In this document: one piece after another, positions 59,969-64,000 of the stretch
Layout: the number at the start of each line of letters is the position of its first letter
How positions within the stretch are numbered: the first letter of the stretch is position 1
Source of the DNA: Candidatus Helarchaeota archaeon
GTDB taxonomy: Archaea; Asgardarchaeota; Lokiarchaeia; Helarchaeales; RDOG01
Assembly: GCA_019058315.1 (NCBI GenBank)
Contig: JAHPZH010000004.1
Span: forward strand, 32,001 to 96,000
Length of the DNA stretch: 64,000 bases
Reading direction: 5' to 3'
The notes under the pieces: model-generated
What the model saw: only the letters and a program-made list of their open reading frames with translations
Told to the model about the DNA's origin: nothing
Databases searched by the model: none
Program-made: the position numbers and the translations under genes

Positions 59969-60997
59969 ATTAAAAAGAAGATCGGTATTCCTAGAAGTTT
60001 ATTGTATTATAAATATTATCCCATATGGAAGGCATTTTTTGAAGAACTGGACTTTGAAGTAGTTTTAAGTGATAAAACTAATAATAAAATCATGGATGAA
60101 GGGAGCAGATACGCTATAGACGAAATCTGTATTCCTTTAAAACTCTACTACGGTCATGTTCTTAATTTAATTCGAAAAGAAATTGATTATCTATTCGTTC
60201 CACGATATATTTCCACCACTTTCGGCACATATATGTGCCCAAAGTTTTTAGGTCTACCAGATATGGTAAGAGGAACTCTAGATAACCTTCCAACGATTAT
60301 AGAACTTGAAATTGATTTGAGAAAAAAGCCGAATTTTTATTCTGCTTACGAAACTGGGAGACAATTGAATAGACCTGTCTCTAAAATAATGAAGGCATTC
60401 AATAAATCAATTAAAATATATAAGTTTTTTAGAGAAATAATGGAAAGAGGATTTACATTTCAACAAGCTCTTGCTCTAATAAATAAAAATCCTTCAGAAA
60501 TACCACAAAAAGCAGAGGAAAATAATGCAGAAGCTACTATAGCAATAATAGGGCACGGATATAATATTCATGAACCCTTTATTAACATGGATTTGTTAAA
60601 AAAACTGAAAAAAATGAATGTAAAAGTAATAACATTGGAGAATTTGCCTATAGATATTTTCAAAAAACGAACTATAATCACAAACACCCTAAAAAATTAT
60701 TGGGGTAACGAAGAAGAAATTCTATCCGCAATGAATTATTTATTTGAACAGAAAGATATTGACGGGATAATCTTCATTTGTAGCTTTTGTTGTGGTCCTG
60801 ATTCGTTAATTGATGAAATAATTACAAGAGATGCAAAAAAAATTAATCTTCCATACATCTGCCTTGTTTTAGATGAGCATTCAGGACAAGCTGGAGTAAT
60901 AACAAGGATTGAAGCATTTGTTGATATGATAATTCGTAAGAAGAAAACATTGAAATTAGAAAAAATAGAAAAAATAAAACTAAAAACACCAGATTAA
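59969..60997 (+). CDS. DUF2229 / acyl-CoA dehydratase-activase-related reductase subunit (PlsA/PlsR-like); probable ATT start
   Basis: The frame extends upstream of TTG 60002 to IKKKIGIPRSLLYY (conserved IGIPR); CIPLK..GHV, CPKFLGLPD, GHGYN, FCCGPD, DEHSGQAG..TRIEAF. Confidence 0.85.
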   Translation: MKKKIGIPRSLLYYKYYPIWKAFFEELDFEVVLSDKTNNKIMDEGSRYAIDEICIPLKLYYGHVLNLIRKEIDYLFVPRYISTTFGTYMCPKFLGLPDMVRGTLDNLPTIIELEIDLRKKPNFYSAYETGRQLNRPVSKIMKAFNKSIKIYKFFREIMERGFTFQQALALINKNPSEIPQKAEENNAEATIAIIGHGYNIHEPFINMDLLKKLKKMNVKVITLENLPIDIFKKRTIITNTLKNYWGNEEEILSAMNYLFEQKDIDGIIFICSFCCGPDSLIDEIITRDAKKINLPYICLVLDEHSGQAGVITRIEAFVDMIIRKKKTLKLEKIEKIKLKTPD

Positions 60998-61023
60998 CGA
61001 ATATAAATCGGTGAATACAGTAA

Positions 61024-62139
61024 ATGTTAGTGACTTTCCCTCATATGGGCAATTGTTGGCCTGCTTTCAAAAGCCTTTGCGAAAATATGGGTGCAGATGT
61101 CTATTTACCCAATGAAAATAACACTCAACAGTTAAAAGTAGGATTAAAACATTCCCCTGAATGGGTTTGTTTTCCATTTAAAGTCACACTTTCAAATTTT
61201 GTTGAATGTCTTGAGAATAACGTGAATAAAATAGTAATGGCCACAGATTGCGGACCATGTAGATTCGGATTCTATTATGCTGTCCAAGAGCGCATTTTAA
61301 AAGATTTAGGCTATGAATTTGATATGTATCATCTCCCTCAAGGAGATCTTTTAACTTTAGAATGGGCGGATTTCCTCAGATCAATTTGTGAAGATAAATC
61401 CTATGCTACAACATTAAACATCTATAGGACAGCAAGGGTTTATTTAATGAAATGTCAATTAATTCAAATCACAGAAAAATTAGAAGGTAAAACTAGGTGT
61501 TATGAAAAAAATAAAGGAGATACAACTAGATGCCTTAAACGTTGCGTTAGAATGATTGACGATGCTAAAACTTACTCTCAATTGAGAAAAACAAGATGGA
61601 AAATTAAGGAAGAATTTAAGAAGATTGATCAACACAAACACAATGGTCAAGCTCTTAAAGTAGGTTTAACTGGGGAGATTCAAGTAACTTTGGATCCTTT
61701 TGTTAACCACGATATTAAACGAAAATTGGGAGAATTGGGATGCGAAGTCCATATGGACTTGAGTCTATATGATTGGATGAAGCACAAATTCCATATTAAT
61801 TTCCATAGAAAATATGTTGAATATTTAAGTAAAACACATAAAAAAATCGGGGGAATTCAATTGGATATTGGAGGAGAGGCATACTGGGTTTTAGGCGAAT
61901 ACATAAATTGGGCTCATAAGGGGTTTGATGGATTTGTACATATTTATCCATTTACTTGTATGCCTGAAATAACCGCGAAATCCATTATAACGAAATGGTA
62001 TGGCGACGAACGCTTTCAACTCCCTCCAGCATTTTTCGGATTTGACGAACACGCTGGAGAAGCCGGTTTAGTTACCCGACTGGAGGCATATACCGATTTA
62101 TTAAAAGCAAAAAAGGAGAAAAAAAATGGTAATAGTTGA
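61024..62139 (+). CDS. 2-hydroxyacyl-CoA dehydratase-like reductase subunit (PlsR-like)
   Basis: VTFPHMG, SPEWVCFPFK, GPCRFG.Y, GEI, PFTCMPE, DEHAGEAG..TRLEA. Confidence 0.85.
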   Translation: MLVTFPHMGNCWPAFKSLCENMGADVYLPNENNTQQLKVGLKHSPEWVCFPFKVTLSNFVECLENNVNKIVMATDCGPCRFGFYYAVQERILKDLGYEFDMYHLPQGDLLTLEWADFLRSICEDKSYATTLNIYRTARVYLMKCQLIQITEKLEGKTRCYEKNKGDTTRCLKRCVRMIDDAKTYSQLRKTRWKIKEEFKKIDQHKHNGQALKVGLTGEIQVTLDPFVNHDIKRKLGELGCEVHMDLSLYDWMKHKFHINFHRKYVEYLSKTHKKIGGIQLDIGGEAYWVLGEYINWAHKGFDGFVHIYPFTCMPEITAKSIITKWYGDERFQLPPAFFGFDEHAGEAGLVTRLEAYTDLLKAKKEKKNGNS

Positions 62140-63130
62140 AGAAAAAGTATCTGATAAAAAAACTTTTGGTGATTTATACTTAGGCATTGATGTAGGAAGT
62201 GTTTCTACAAAATTTGCAATAATTGATGACAATATGGAGCTGAAATATGCCACTTGGGCAAGATCTAAAGGCTCACCTATTACCTCTATCCAAGAAGGAT
62301 TTGATAGTTTAAGAAAAAGTCTATCTGATGAAATGGAATCACGGATTAAAGGAGTAGGAACCACAGGATCTGCAAGATACTTAACTAAAGCACTTGTGGG
62401 TGCAGATATTGCAAAAACTGAAATTATTGCTCATGCAGTGGCAGCATCTTACTATATTCCTGGCGTTAGAACCATCTTGGAAATTGGAGGTCAAGATAGT
62501 AAAGTAATACTGCTGAAAGATGGAATTATAACCGATTTTGCCATGAATTCTATTTGTGCAGCAGGAACTGGTTCATTTCTTGATCATCAAGCACACAGGT
62601 TGGGAATAGCTATAGAAGAATTTGGTGAGATGGCAGCTAAATCAAAAGTAGGGGTAGTTATTGCTGGTAGATGCACTGTTTTTGCAGAATCAGACATGAT
62701 ACATAAACAACAGATGGGACATTCTAAAGAAGATATAATAAAAGGACTTTGTGAAGCATTGGTTCGAAATTATTTGAATAATGTTTGTAAAGGAAAGAAA
62801 TTAGAACCACCAATCACTTTTCAAGGTGGAGTTGCTGCAAATTCGGGAATAAAAACAGCCTTTGAAAAGGAACTAGGGCATGATATTATAATTCATGATT
62901 ATTTCCTTACGATGGGAGCAATAGGAGCTGCAATGTTAGCAAGAGAGCATATTTTAGGTGAAAATACAACAACTAGCTTTCGTGGATTTAAAGTTAGTGA
63001 TATGAAATTTACACCAAAAGCTTTCAATTGTTCTGATTGTCCCAACCAATGTGAAGTCACTTATGTTGAGAAGGATGGCGGAGATATTATTGCTCGTTGG
63101 GGCGATAGATGTGGTAAATGGACTATGTAG
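62126..63130 (+). CDS. ATP-dependent acyl-CoA dehydratase activase (BcrAD/BadFG ASKHA family)
   Basis: GIDVGSVSTK, TTGSAR, EIGGQDSK, MNSICAAGTGSFL, RCTVFAESD, QGGVA; C-terminal FNCSDCPNQC...RC. Confidence 0.93.
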   Translation: MVIVEEKVSDKKTFGDLYLGIDVGSVSTKFAIIDDNMELKYATWARSKGSPITSIQEGFDSLRKSLSDEMESRIKGVGTTGSARYLTKALVGADIAKTEIIAHAVAASYYIPGVRTILEIGGQDSKVILLKDGIITDFAMNSICAAGTGSFLDHQAHRLGIAIEEFGEMAAKSKVGVVIAGRCTVFAESDMIHKQQMGHSKEDIIKGLCEALVRNYLNNVCKGKKLEPPITFQGGVAANSGIKTAFEKELGHDIIIHDYFLTMGAIGAAMLAREHILGENTTTSFRGFKVSDMKFTPKAFNCSDCPNQCEVTYVEKDGGDIIARWGDRCGKWTM

Positions 63131-63138
63131 GTGATTTT

Positions 63139-63324
63139 ATGGCGTATGTTATTAGAAAAACCCTAGATGTCCTTATTAATCGCTTTATTTTTGAAGATCG
63201 TGTTAGAATTTCGGAATTTGTAGATATGATAACAGATAATTTATATAAGATTCTGCCAAAAAATTTGGTAAGACCTGTTCATGAAATATTAGATGCTTTT
63301 GTCGACGAACTCATGTGGAGTTAA
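63139..63324 (+). CDS. Small hypothetical protein (61 aa), last gene of the putative operon
   Basis: AGGTGA RBS before ATG 63139; T-rich tract after the stop. Confidence 0.55.
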   Translation: MAYVIRKTLDVLINRFIFEDRVRISEFVDMITDNLYKILPKNLVRPVHEILDAFVDELMWS

Positions 63325-63504
63325 TGTATTTTTATTTTTTATAATTTATACTGTCCTTTTTTCAGAAAAAAGAAAAATATTATAAGACCATTAAATAGGT
63401 TTTTATAAGTTATTTTTCAGACTAATAAGCGATAGAATATTATTTAGCACAAATTTTACTATTACATTAAATTAAAATTATTTGTAAATGGAGCGATTTT
63501 AAAA

Positions 63505-64000
63505 TTGGTTACCAGTTCTATAATTAAAACTACACAAAGTTTATGTCCAGAATGTAAAAAGGTTATTGATGCACAGATAGTGGAAGAAAATGGCAAAGTA
63601 ATGATGTATAAAAAATGTGAAGAACACGGAAATTTCTCGGATATATTATCTATTAATCCAGCCCACTTTAGATGGAGCCAACAATTTATGATTAATGGAC
63701 AAAAACCAGATAATCCATGTACTTCAACCAAAAAAGGCTGTCCATACGATTGTGGAGCTTGCGAGAAACATAAAAGCTCTCCAGCCATTGCAATTGTTGA
63801 TGTAACATATCGATGTAATTTAAAATGTCCAATCTGTTTTGCTAATGCAGAGGCTCGTGGGCTTAATTATGAACCTTCATTTGAAGAATTAGTTAGAATA
63901 TTTAAACATTTTAGAAATATAACTCCTCAACCTCCAGTTTGTGCAATGTATGCTGGTGGTGAACCCACTATGCGAAATGATTTACCTGAGTTGTTGGCTG
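63505..64000 (+). CDS. tes: Tetraether lipid synthase (Tes/GDGT-MAS, MJ0619-family) radical SAM enzyme, 3'-truncated
   Basis: Manual translation from TTG 63505: TQSLCPEC...KCEEHG...GCPYDCGACEKH...IVDVTYRCNLKCPICFANA...YEPSFEE...GGEPT; absent from the ORF track because it runs off the edge. Confidence 0.8.
   Translation, partial: MVTSSIIKTTQSLCPECKKVIDAQIVEENGKVMMYKKCEEHGNFSDILSINPAHFRWSQQFMINGQKPDNPCTSTKKGCPYDCGACEKHKSSPAIAIVDVTYRCNLKCPICFANAEARGLNYEPSFEELVRIFKHFRNITPQPPVCAMYAGGEPTMRNDLPELLA

Noticed and set aside
63462-63788. 108-aa - strand ORF
   Set aside because: Antisense to the Tes-family radical SAM gene that starts at 63505 and runs off the window.
1-64000. tRNA/rRNA genes, IS elements, integrases
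   Set aside because: No GC-rich structured RNA-like segment, transposase or integrase motif was seen by eye. A tRNAscan/Infernal run would be needed to exclude small ncRNAs.

Overview
AT-rich, gene-dense archaeal chromosome segment, most likely Asgard (Loki-/Helarchaeia-like). The evidence is four Rab-like small GTPases with fused N-terminal domains, a PCI-like/SHOCT membrane protein, a PAC2 proteasome chaperone, a Tes-type radical SAM enzyme, GGTGA/GGAGG ribosome-binding sites and T-tract terminators. I saw no rRNA, tRNA, CRISPR or transposase. Two observations stand out. (1) A PAC2-family proteasome chaperone gene with a C-terminal HbYX motif is interrupted by a 26-nt insert (49769-49794) that folds into a canonical bulge-helix-bulge (BHB) motif. 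Cutting it by the tRNA-splicing-endonuclease rule exactly restores the reading frame, so it is a candidate tRNA-type intron in an mRNA. (2) A co-oriented cluster at 54464-64000 encodes a triple-domain PlsC-like acyltransferase, a LarA-family racemase, a HAD phosphatase, a split PlsA/PlsR(Ger)-like ester-to-ether reductase system and a tetraether synthase homolog. This is a candidate pathway for bacterial-type or hybrid ether lipids in an archaeon. Also present: longin/uDENN-like-GTPase fusions, a GcvH-like (no lipoyl-Lys)-GTPase fusion, a phosphodiesterase gene with a single in-frame stop, a candidate operator upstream of a Btu-like ABC transporter, and several paralog pairs. All family assignments come from motif recognition by eye, not database searches.
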